From the NCBI RefSeq assembly GCF_003704095.1, contig NW_020844518.1, positions 1-64,000 on the forward strand: DNA of 64,000 nt, written 5' to 3'. Positions 29,095 through 41,226 of the stretch are shown piece by piece (positions within the stretch are counted from its first letter, which is position 1; every line of letters starts with the position of its first letter). This stretch comes from Pocillopora damicornis (Eukaryota). A model generated the notes under the pieces. That model searched no databases and was not told where the DNA came from. It saw nothing but the letters and a program-made list of their open reading frames with translations. A program made the position numbers and the translations under genes.

Positions 29095-30270
29095 GTAGTT
29101 GGGCTCTAGCCAGCAGATTTGTTGGTCTGTCGATGAACACTTCAAAGCAATCGATGATCACAATCACCTTTCGATTAAATGTGTATCGGCATAGTTTTCC
29201 AAAACTGTTCTCTGTCAGGCCAATGAATAAAACAGAGAGCCTCAGATCCATAGCATTTATCCATGACGAGAATATCTTGACACACTTGAAAGGGACACTA
29301 CAAATCAGTACGCTAAATCTTGGAATGCAACGTTCAAACGGAGTTTCATCAGAACCATAAAAAATTATTGAAATCTATTTAATATTGTAGAACCAGGTCG
29401 TCGTGACAAATGTGGAGCTACATGCTCGAAAACTATCATAAAGACTTCATAGGATGGTAGACTAGTGTAAAAATGAACTTTCTCAGGACAATTAAAATAA
29501 TATTTGTCTCGGACTCGATGTACAAAGCTTGTAAGCATATAATTGAATTTTTCTGTCTTTGTTTTAGCGTTTTCTGTTCCTCCCATAGTATCTCAAAGTC
29601 ATCAGTCGAAGTTAATTTGTCTACCTGAATGATCTCGTCAGTTTCTTCGTCACCATCACAGCTTGTACTACAAGAAGGCTCGTTAAGATTGGTATATAAG
29701 CTAAATGAGCTAGCAGTTGAAGCAATATCAAGGATAGGGAGTCCACTTTGATTCAACTCTTTTCTTTTCTTAGCGGCTTCGATTTCTTGTCGCTCTAATT
29801 CGTGTTTTCTCCGTTCTTTAACCCTTTCGTCTCTAGCTTTTTCTGCTTCGGCATCACTCTCTTTAGGCGTCTTTGATTGTTTCTTTCCAAGGTTAAGAGT
29901 TGGTACCCAGTCGAAGTTAAAAGCGTCCCCATATTTTGCAGCTTTTCCGGAAACAAAGTGACGACCGCAGACTCGTTCGCTGTCGAGGACTCTCTTTGTT
30001 TTTGTGTCGTCTCGACTGATGGCCGCAATCCAGCGTTTTCTTTTTATTTCTTGTGCGTTCTTCGTGCTCTTGTCCTTGGTTTGTAACGATTTTGGGGATG
30101 GAATGGAAGCTTACTTTATGTTTTCCGCCGCTTTAAAAACCACATCCAACAACTATACTGTACGAACCATACTTCACGCTTCTCTGTGATTGTTTACGCT
30201 TAAGGGGCACAAAGATGGCGGGTAGCAACCGTTGTCAAGGATAGTGTCAGGTGGGTGAAAGTCAGGAATA
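29095..30270 (-). mobile_element. Decayed THAP + HTH + DDE_Tnp_4 transposon (ISL2EU / PIF-Harbinger-like), 3' truncated
   Basis: Minus-strand pieces: THAP-like IVVGCG...FHSIPKI...KRWIAAISRDD...RVCGRHFVSGK...DWVPTLNLG; then KVHFYTSLPSYEVF, FMVLMKLRLNVAFQDLAY*F...VSRIFSSWI and VIIDCFEVFIDRPTNLLARAQ (first catalytic Asp). Several stops and frameshifts. Confidence 0.8.
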
Positions 30271-30927
30271 GAAGTTTTGAATATATCTGTTCTGTCGATC
30301 TTTTATTAAAGACAAACCATTTTTAGGGCGCCGCTTTTATTGAACCAGTTTCAATAACATACAACATGAACTCATGCAACAGCTTGTGGTTATTCAAATG
30401 CGCTGTTCTCATGATTCTTGCGCCTGAGATCTTAAGACACGAAAGTTACGTGAGTGGAACTAAGAATCCCCTTTCAAGGAAAATATTGAAGGGGTTTTTG
30501 CACAAAAGGAGCGCGCTGAAGAAGGGGAGTTATAGGAATTAGAGTTCTAGGATCATGTCTCACGTATGATCCAAGAGCACCCAGGATATTCAGGTGCATT
30601 TTTGCCCTTAAATTTTATTTTTGTTAAAAAAAAATTAAGCATTTTTTTTTTATCAAAGGAAGCCCACAAACCTTCCGGAAAGCCCTTACTTTATTGTATA
30701 ATCAATAAAGAAACATTTTGTACCAATTCCTTCTTAAAAACGCTACAACCATGAGCGCAAAATGCTTAGAAGAATTTGCTGTTGACTTTCTATACTTGTC
30801 CAATATCAACTAGTCTTCTTCCTGAAAACCATCATGTTAGAATACTTCAAGAGGAGTGGAAAAAAAAAGAATTTAAGAAAAATAATTTTTATTTCTGGAA
30901 ATGAGACACGTTAAGTTCTAACAGCTT

Positions 30928-33900
30928 TTAGCATCGCTTGTTACAGGTCTTCTCGCAGTATGAGGAAACGAAACTGGGTACACAAGTAAACGCACTTTTC
31001 AGAATGTTACAGAGGTTCGCGGAAAGGTTGTCTGTGCAGCTCACTACGATGAAGAAAAAAAAATCAGTTATTAGGTGCTTACATCTAATCAAGAGTTGTT
31101 TTTTTAATGCTGTGGGTAGATAATAAAAGTAGTTCCAATTATGTCCTCCCCATAAAAGAGGCAGGGTTCTCTTATTAAAAAAAAAAACAATACAAAACAA
31201 AAAACAAAGTATTTTTAAATCAGCTAAATTTCCAAGAAGTATCATGCGCTGTGCGTCAGTTTGCCTGGAATACTTGGCTTATTGTAGCTCACACAGAAAG
31301 AAAGGCAAACCTTTTGTATATGCTCCCCAATTAAGACAGGAAAGGCCAAAGCAACTCCTCTTTCCCTCCTGGGAAATTCCCTGCCCCACCCTTAAAATCC
31401 TAGATGATCGGGGATTTCATTGTTTCCCAACCGTCTCAGAGTTTTCCGACAAATGAAAACTCGATCGAAATCAAACACATTCTCGACTGTCTGGGATAGT
31501 CGGCGACAGTCTGGAAAATCCGTCCCAGATTTCTGCAATAACTGGCGATCACTGAAGAGGGCGGACGCTCCTATTTATACGGTGTCGGTGATTGCTTTAG
31601 TTTCCTGCTAGTCGTCAAATTACTTGACCAGCACTCCCGAGTCACAAATAACTTGGGGTCTGCAAACCACCAAGACAAACTTCTGGCGATCTCCCAATAT
31701 ATCGGCAAAATCTGAAACGGTCTGGAACGTGTGACTTATTTTACGTCCCCAGCTGACCATAACAGGGAGAGTACAAGAAGAGGTTTGCAAATTTTCATCA
31801 TTATTCGATGAGTCGAGAATGTCTCACTATTTGCATGTTTCATCAAAAAGACAGCACATTCTCCTCAGTTCTCTCAAGACACTTATTCTTGTTCTCGTTA
31901 AGATCCATCAGTTGAATCACGCAATAGTTTCCAGGTTATAGGGAGATGAACAATTTTTATCGAGGCAGTTTTTAAAGTTTACCTGTTGGTGGTTGAGTAG
32001 TCTTTGGCGGTTGAGTAGTTGTTGGCGGCAAAGTTGTGGTTTCTACAGATACAGAAATAGATATGAAAAGTTTCAGTAGAATGTTAAAAAAATATTGCGA
32101 TGAGGTTTAAATGGCAATAACGTGGTATTTTGTCTGAGATCAAAACCTTTATCCCTTCGAAGACGCGCCGCCATGTTGAAGGTACTCTTAAAACCTCATG
32201 ATATACGTGAACCACTCAGATATAACTTGGGACAATTAAGCGATTCAAAGCCCTTCCCAAGACCTTTACATCCTGCTGTTTTATGTATGTATATGGTAGA
32301 ATGGAAAAGTCATGTGGAAAAAAAAACTGAACCGCTTATTTTGACATAGATATACTACTTTACAGCGTTTTAAGACTTTCAAAAAAAAAACAACGACAAC
32401 AACAAATAAATAAGAACAAGCAAAATATAAAGAAGCAAAAGAAGAGAGAAAAAGTCTTACTCTTAAAGAATATTACATATCCATTTCATCGTCCATATAA
32501 TGATGAGAGATTTATGATATAAGATTTTTCCCTGTTTCATATTTCATATCGTTATCAAATGTTTCACCTTTTCGTAGGCCACATCGATAAAGAAGATTCG
32601 CTTGCTCTGCGTCAACAGGGCTTAAGCCATTTCGTTGCCCAATTTTTTGCTAGGAGATGAAAGTATACAATAAAAGTGAGCTGCAATCGATTAATTTTGC
32701 ATGATTGAGAGTCGAAGTCGCCAAGTGGCGGTGACTCTACCAAAACTTCTATGTGGTGACAATTTTGCCTCTCGGCTCCAGCAAGAGAGGCAGAGAAGGG
32801 AGAAAAAATTTACCTACTAGTCGTGATTGTGGCGTTGGCATGTTAGACACCACGGAAATCGGGGCAAGCTCTAGTAACAAAGTTGATAATAGGGAAACCT
32901 TATAATCAAAGATTTAATTAAATGAATATTTTTCTTCATATCAAACTCTGGTTAGTCAAGCTAAGAAAGATTCTGTAGTTGACGTCGCGTTTAGGGGTGG
33001 AAATGTCCCTTTACCTCTCCACTGACTTCGAGTGATCTTCCATTTACTACTCAGTTTGACGAACTTTAAAAACCTTGCTTTTTACATACCCCCGTTTGTT
33101 TAACCACTATTGTTGGTTGGTTGTTTCTGCTGAATGCAAATGCCCCATAATGCATCACGCTCCCATAATCGTATGGAGTACCAAGAGAATCAATCGTTGA
33201 CCGGCTGTATTTTCGAAAATTACTCTCTTTGTCTGAAATTAAAAAATACATAAAAATTACGTATATAGTCGACCCTCCCTCTACGACCGCCTCTCGTTTG
33301 CGACCACCTCTCATTAGCTGCCACTTTTTCAAAATAGCACAAATTTCCAAGTCAAATCGCTATAAATGGAACCTCTTAAAGGTGAAAACCTCTGGTCAAT
33401 TGATTTAAACCTCCCATAGGTGATGACTAGCTGACAGACAATCAACTTTTTCTCTTACGAGCGGAAACTGAAAAAATTGATTCAGCAAATGTCGTCAAAG
33501 TATCGCTATCGGAGGTGTTTCTCGAGATAGCTTTCTCACTTGAATTAAGGTGTTACCAGCCAGGTTCTTTCGTGTGAGTTGTTCCAAACGCTCTATGTGA
33601 GATAAACAATCACCATACATCCTGATTCTTTCCTTCTATACTTTTTGGTTATTTGGACAACAGCTATTGTACTTTCCTTTTGTAAAATTGTCCCTATAAT
33701 TTATTATGTCATAATCTTTTTAATGGAAAAAGAAAACGCGTATATATGTCATATATTTTTTAAAATTTCAACGTTTTTGAAAACGAGTATATATGTACTG
33801 TATAAAAAACATATGTATATTTTTTTCCTGACATATTATAAGAAGCGGTGGGATGATTCAAAGATTGTTCTGCAATGATCAAAGGAACTATATGATGCCA

Positions 33901-36900
33901 AGCAGCTTTTATATTCCTCCGCACATACTTAAAGACTGCGTTGGACCCTTGTTGCATCTGCATGAGCCTTTTGTAACGGGGCACATGCTTAACAAAATTT
34001 TTAAAAAGAAATGATTTGGAAAGGAACAAATCTTCTAACAAAGGCTTAATCTCAGAAGATCGTGGCAACAAGGCTACTCTACAACTTACATTACCCTGTT
34101 CTTTATTGTACAGCAGGCACACACAGCGAGTATTGTTTGTCCTCGACTATTGTATTTGCCAAGTTAGTTTTAATTGGATTTTTGACCCCGATAAGACTTC
34201 TCATTGTTGACTCTCAATCTTTACCTAAACCAAAGCAGCAGTATAACGTACCTGTTTCAATGTTATCCCATAATATCGTAACAAACTCGTCTCTGTCAGG
34301 TCGTGATTGCTCATGGTAGAAACCAAGTGCATGAGCTGGAGAAGAAATTTAATTAGGTTGCGATTACGACAAATTGTAATTAATTGACACAATTTTCAGT
34401 ATCAATCGAGAAACACTGAAAGATGTCCACAAAGAGGAAGAAACCCAGTTTAACCTAGCATTGAATATGAGGAGGGTTTGTACACTTGGGGATGCTGCAG
34501 AGTCCAAGAAAATAAAATTCAATAGAAAAACATTACAAACAGTGTAAAAGAAAAGGGTTTAGATTTGCCAAATACTGCGTTGCCCTAAGGTATGCTGCAA
34601 ACACTACTCATACCAAAATATCAAGACAAGTCAATTATTTCAAATTAACGTGAATAGGACAATAAAAAGAAGACCTGACCCGACCTTCATGAAAAGATAT
34701 TGTTGTCTGTTGGGCTTAACTTCTTCTTAAGTTGAGTTTTCCGTATTAGAATTATGCCTAACAGACTTCTCTGAAAATCGCTCTTCGAAACGGTTTCTAA
34801 GTACCATTAGCTCTGGAACAATTTGGCCAATATAGATGTAACACAGAAAGACCCTTTCATCGATTTTCAAATTAATGATTTTGTTTTAAATGTTTATTGT
34901 TGCCTTAAGTCGCAGAAAAATAACAAAAAGCAGTGATAAAAAACTAAAACCGAGGATAAAAATGAAAATTACCAATTTCGTGAGTTACAGTTCCTCTCCA
35001 CCAACAGCCGTTACTTAGAGAGATCGGTTGGCGACCTCCACGTCGACCAACATATGACCAGCATCTAATTATAAACAGTGAACAAAGTCAATACTGGAGA
35101 TGTAAAGAATTCCTTCACAATCCTCTATCCACTAAAACTGTATTCACTTAACGCTGGAATAAAATGCTTTTTATTGAATAAATTAAAATAGAATCATGCC
35201 TGGACCTTTTCTTTATTGCATCGCGTGTATCAAGGAAGTCTCCCGCATGTTGATGGCATTGCAGTAAGTTTGATTGGGTAGGAATGACGGGAGCTTAAAT
35301 CTTATGACGGCACGGCCTTTTCTGAAACGGGTCAGGAAGTCCATAGTTTGAGCTGGAAAAGTCAGATTAATACCCTCGCGATAACTGTGACAGCTAATCA
35401 GAATTTCCATACCCTGAACTGTCATTCGAAGGGGACTTATCTTTACCTAGCTAGCATTCTGGCCATAAAATTCAGTATCGAAGGTTATGGATTCTTAATG
35501 GTTTTTTCGTCAAGAACAGAGATTGTAATTTCGGGATAATCATCTCGGAATTTAAGGGTATCCTATCTTGACACATTATATCTTCTTGCCTGGTGTCAAA
35601 CTGTTCAAATTCTATTCTGCACAAATCGGAGTGTAAATGCATGGAGAAGATTTTCTAGTAGTAAGATCCAGCCGCTACTTTCTTGAGGACAGACATGGTT
35701 CTTATACCTTTTTTTTCTTTTTTTTCTTTTTTTTTTTTATTCTTAGTTTTAAAAAAGCTAAAAGGATCGGTACCTTGTTCTAAAATACACAACAGATGGA
35801 GAGCCGTTCGACAGAGAACCGCTAATAGAACATATTTTAAAAATGAGCCATGCATTCACAACTCTTGGAAACAAACCAATTACAGAGGAGAAAATACTCA
35901 TACGGTGACGTTCAACTGACGTTTACTTACCCTCCTCCATCGCCAAAAATGATGTAATCGCTTTCACCTTCTCTCTCCTTAAATCGGAGACAAGTTTTTG
36001 AAGTCCATTCTGCCAATCCTTGATTAATGGCATTCACAGCGCGAGGAATACCACCTTAAAGCAAAATATACCAGGTGGTCAGAGACTTGGGAGTTGTTGG
36101 TGTCAAAGTGGATAGAGGTCTAGGGAAACCTAACTGGAGAGGAGGTGTCTGAACATACTTAAATGATATGCTGAATTTCACACATATTTTGATTGTTTCT
36201 TACCTATGATCTATCGGATGGCACACGCGTAGATGGGCTCACTATTTACAAATTTTTGTTTCGTTATTATAGAGCCAAACGTGCGCTTCACCCTGGACAT
36301 AGAAACAGGGGGAGGGGAGGGGAGGGGGGCATGACGAGACAAAAATTATAATGGAAAAACAGCCCGCCATGTTGGATGACATTACTACCGCCACCGCACC
36401 CTTATAACTTCGTACCACGGTGGGGGTATGAATTTAGATGCACTTCCGAGGGTTAACCTTGAAAATAAATATACCTGGAGTCACAGAGAATCCATTACAG
36501 AGAATTACAGACTTACTATGAACTTACTTAAACTTGGGTGGATTTCATAGGGTACCAATCCATTCGGCCATAGAGAGTTATCTGCTATTGAGCCTCGTTT
36601 TCGAGAGCTGTCGACATCCAGTCCGTGTTCGATATTATACACCTGCTTTTTTGTAAGACGCATGTCTCCTTCAACTAGGATTTTGCTTTCAATACCCTCA
36701 TTTTCTGAAAAACGATGGAAATAAAGATAGCTTAATCTCATCTAAACGCGTGATATAGCAGGCGATATATCAGAGACTTGGACCTCACAATAGACTTATA
36801 ATTATTCTGCTCTTATTTGGTTTTATATCCTTATGGCTTGGGAGACTGTCTTCCTTTAAGCAGTTTGAGTAGGAATGTGATAGTTTCTGCATTTTTTGGG

Positions 36901-38321
36901 CAAAGAAATAGTCTTTCCTTCCGATAGATCTATCTAATATCTTTCCGGAAATTCCGATTAAAATATGCAATATCCGTGGTGTGTTACACATCCAACCCTT
37001 AGAGATACCGACCGTGTAACTCTATCGATTAATATTTCATTTTTAACTAATACTTGAATTAACTAATCAAATATTCAGGCCGTCCTTGAAATTTTAACCA
37101 AACCACCGTACTCTTCATTTTGTTCCAAAACCAAGCAAGATAGGTTTGCTCGTGAGATGCAACATTTAGCAGAAAGCCACCTTCGCTTTGTAAATAGACT
37201 TAATGCTGACATTGAGATTTGCTGAAAATCTATGTCGCTTGTCACGCTTTCCTCGATATATCGCAAAGAAGGTCATCTCGTCTTGGCCTGGAATTAATTT
37301 GAAATAAATTCTCCCAACATAAAACACGAGGGACAGCCGGTCATTTCGAAAGAAAACAAGAACTGCTTTTAGAATGGCACGTACAAGCCCGAATCTTAAG
37401 GGAATTTGTATATTTAAGACAACCTTTTCTTTTTTTACTTTAGTCGCACTTTGAATTGAAGTTGTTTGTATAGGGATTTGAGTGATCGGTATGATTATTT
37501 TTATAGCGAAAGGTGTAAGTGCCGCACGTAGATTGGACGAGAAACTAAGTGAAGTGCAGGAAGTCAACCAGATTTTCCCGATCGCTTGCAGGATGAAATT
37601 CAAATTCACTAGCCATTATCATTATCATCATCCAACTGGTTTGCCGTAGACTTTTGGGAGTCAACACAACTTAAATCCGACAGTTATGTTTATGCCCATG
37701 TACGCGTGTCACATGAACAATACCGTTGGGGCAGATCATTCCAGTATAAGTTTGTATTAACATAAGAAATAAACATGTGCGACGAGTTCTTTTGAGATAA
37801 TTTCTGATGAATCCTTCTATATCTCTATAGTTTAAAAAAACAAAAAGCAAAAAAATACCGAGCAAAACAATGGATATCTTTGACTTGTTTTCTCGCTTGC
37901 TTAATGAGAGCAGGTTCGATCAGTTGCCATTTTTAAGATATGTAAACAGATGCGTTAGTGTCCTAGACAATTATTCAGCGAGGTTGTAACAATAATCCGT
38001 AACACATCTGGCTTGTCTACTCTCATAGAACTTCCCTGTGCTTTTAGACTATAAGTTTTTTTAGTTATTTTGATAAGTGGAGGTCATTTCAACCTTTTAA
38101 CCTCGCATAACTTGATGGTCTTAATGTTAATACTGTTCATTAAAGAGATGTTACTGATCAAAACCCCTAGGGTTAAAAAATTAATGATAAAATTATGTTC
38201 ATGATGACAGATTTGACATTTTCTACAGTCTTTGTGATTCCTCAAGCTTACCGTCAGCAGTATGGCCATGTGGTGCGCAGAGAACTGTTCTGAACAACGC
38301 AAGAGCTACCAACCACTTCAT
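30928..38321 (-). CDS. Astacin-like metalloprotease gene D with Thr/Pro linker exon and ShKT domain (315 aa)
   Basis: Exons (minus): 38252-38321 ([23 protein letters not shown]), 36528-36704 (VEGDM...[17 protein letters not shown]), 35931-36054, 34973-35064 ([30 protein letters not shown]), 34252-34335 ([16 protein letters not shown]), 33090-33232 (YDYGSVMHY), 32568-32649, 31983-32042 ([19 protein letters not shown]), 30928-31043 ([37 protein letters not shown]). Total 948 nt in frame. AATAAA at 30888-30893. Confidence 0.92.
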
Positions 38322-38413
38322 GTCGAGTCAGTTTAACATAAACTGTATACCTGTGAAAATCTGTTGAAAATACAGCGTAGTCTTAAAGTGAAATCGCAAG
38401 GCCGCATCTCAAA

Positions 38414-38421
38414 TTTATATA
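38414..38421 (-). promoter_or_regulatory. Candidate TATA box of gene D
   Basis: TATATAAA on the minus strand about 95 nt upstream of the ATG. Confidence 0.5.
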
Positions 38422-40438
38422 GTGTCAACCAGTTACAGGCTGGTATCGACAATAGCTAATATTGATGCCCACTAATGCATATACAGGAAACTGCAAATTT
38501 ATCGTTTCGGTATGAGCAATATTTCTATTTGGGCCAAAAATTGATGGACAGTATCCTACAAATCAAGAATTATATTTTATTCATCAATATTTTATTAGGT
38601 CGTTCTGCTTTCTTTTAGCTACACTTTTTTTGTATTTATTAGTATTTTAGCGATACAAATTTAGACAAACTTTTCGATTTCGAGAGGTCAAACGTTTTTG
38701 ACTGTGCTTGAATACAGAATAGCAGGAAATTTCGTACGCACAGTATTTCCTTTAAAGTACATTTCATCAACAAATTCTAGCGTCGCAAGTGTATCAGAGC
38801 AAACATCTCCGGTCCACTGGAATGCGCAAGAAGACCGTGGGAACATTAGCACTTACATCATGAAGTTGATATCAACAAGTCAGGATTGCGGCGGAAACTG
38901 GACTGGCGACAAACTTACGCAAGATGAGTGTTACGTTAACTAAACTTGGTGATAACTGTCTTTTCAGAACAGACTGCTAGATAAGTTATGTTCGTAACAC
39001 GCCTAACTAAAAGATCGATATCTCAATTCAATTCGTCTAATCCAGCTCTAATTTCATCGACATGCTATCCTACAGGTGATATGACGTCTTTTAAATTATC
39101 TTCCCGTTGTTTCCTTTTTGTTTGTTTTTTACTCTTTCTTCAACAATTAATCAACACTTAAACCTGACAGTGCTCTTTTCCCGCCGCTTTATAGAGAAAT
39201 TGCGGTTAAGAAGCCCTAGATATCAATACAAATAAGATACGAGTATTTGACCACACTCCCTTTTTTTCTGACCTACATCCGTAGACTCAGAGCATAGCCC
39301 CTTTTTAGGTATGAGCAATGGTATTGCGAAAAACTTGAGAGGAAACAGTTTGATGAAAGGCCGGAATCTTCTAAACAAGCCTAAGGGAATGCTAAGTTAG
39401 AGGAAGCAACACAAAAACATGTGCTTACAGTGCTGATAATAATTACTTTAAGCGACAATAAAAACGGGAAAAAAAGCAAAATGATAAAACTAGTTGTGGC
39501 AGCCTGTTAAAGGTATTTTACTTTGGATATTTCCCACTTTTTTGAGCTAAAGTGAAATTGGGGCTTTTTCTAAATATAATACTTATAAAGGATCCTCTAT
39601 TTCTTTCTTATGATTCCACTACAATCTAAAAATCGAGGGGCCTTTTTTGATTTTTTTTACGACGTTGTACAACTCAGAAACTTTATTCCCACTAGGGCGC
39701 TCTCCGACAATTTCACACGTAGCATGATGTATCCAACTAACATGTAAATTTGAACTAAAACAGTTGTTTAAATAAAAAAAGAAAAATAGTTTTGTCCAAT
39801 CATTAGCTTAAATAACAATTCCTGTGATTTAGTGTGCAATTCAAATAAAAACCGTCAAATAAATTTATCATAACAACAGTCTTGTTCGATACATCTTTCT
39901 CGGTTATGATTATAAGGAAGACTAATTGCGTTTATTTAAAATACAAAGTGTCGAGTAAAAACCAAAATACTGATATTTCTGTGTAGATAACTGCATTCTC
40001 CACAGCTTAATTTGCCGGGTTTTTTTATATGAAATTCTTATTTTAATTGGGAATACCAATACAAAAGCTGCTTACTGTTTGAGCAGACGAAACTAGCCAA
40101 AAGGAAATGTTCTCAGAGACCTTTTCAGAGGAATGCTATTGAAGAAGGAGAATCGAGTTAAGATGAGGTTTGGTTTGGTTTTGTTTCATTTTGAGTTTTT
40201 TTTTTTATTTTGCGTTTTTTCTCAAGTATTTTTGTTTTACTTTTTCATCAGCTTTGTTGTATTTTTTTGCTTTGTTTGTTTAAATGTTGGGAGCCAAAAT
40301 GTGAAAGCAATAACTTTCTTCGGATGAACCGAATTTTTGAACAAAGAGTTTTATGTTTGCACCTTTGGCTTTGCTCTTTAAAAAAGCGCATGCTCAATTG
40401 ATCGCAACGCAGAATAACTCACTTTATGATAAATTACT

Positions 40439-40494
40439 TTTATTCTCATTCATTGGATAGATGGGCACATACATTACATCCAGCTTCAATCAGC
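40439..40494 (-). other. Predicted non-coding terminal 3'UTR exon of gene E
   Basis: Strong poly-T...CAG acceptor at 40495-40496, AATAAA at 40439-40444, and a matching donor AAG|GTAAAA 11 nt after the stop (41214-41215). Confidence 0.6.
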
Positions 40495-41226
40495 CTGAAA
40501 AAAAAAAAAAAAAAAGGTTGATGCTGAAAAAGATTTATACTTGGTTCACTATTGATCCTGGCCCTGGCTCAAGCCATTTAGTGTATCGCTGAATAAACAA
40601 TTACTGAACTGGAAAAGAGACTTAAATTTTTGCCTTAAGTATATTCATTTGGAACAAATCGCTTATATCACCTTTCTTCTACCATAGCAAACAAATACTG
40701 AAGGCTACAAAAGGATTAAATAGTATTTACACCTTTTAACAACCTCATATGCCTACATTTGTCATAGCCTATTCTTCTTTGAATAGGATTATAGGCTCAA
40801 GATCTCTATCGCGTGATTGTTGATGAAGGCGAAGCTCGAATCAGCTGCCTTGCGAAGTAATCGAGAACAAATAATCTAATTGTTTTTAGTGTAAATCTAT
40901 CAGACGTGGAAAACTCATCGACAATACAGGTTGGTGTTTTTATTTCATTTTGTTTACAACCGTACACTGTTTGGCTACTCACTTCACATACTTGCTATCA
41001 CGGATATTTAGCGAGTAGCGTAGCCAGTCATGCTCATGACAATATATCTAGAACGCTTGTAGAGTTCTTTTAATCTTACATAGGGAGATACACATCCGCT
41101 AATTAAGTATGCATATAGTCATCATAGATGTATTTTACATTTCTACCCTTATAAGGCAATTTCAAAACATGAACATTAAATATTACTTAAAGTCCAACGT
41201 ACCCTTTTGTTTTACCTTTGTGAAGT

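Noticed and set aside
29021-30189. Functional transposase or domesticated THAP gene
   Set aside because: Multiple stops and frameshifts, and truncated after the first catalytic Asp
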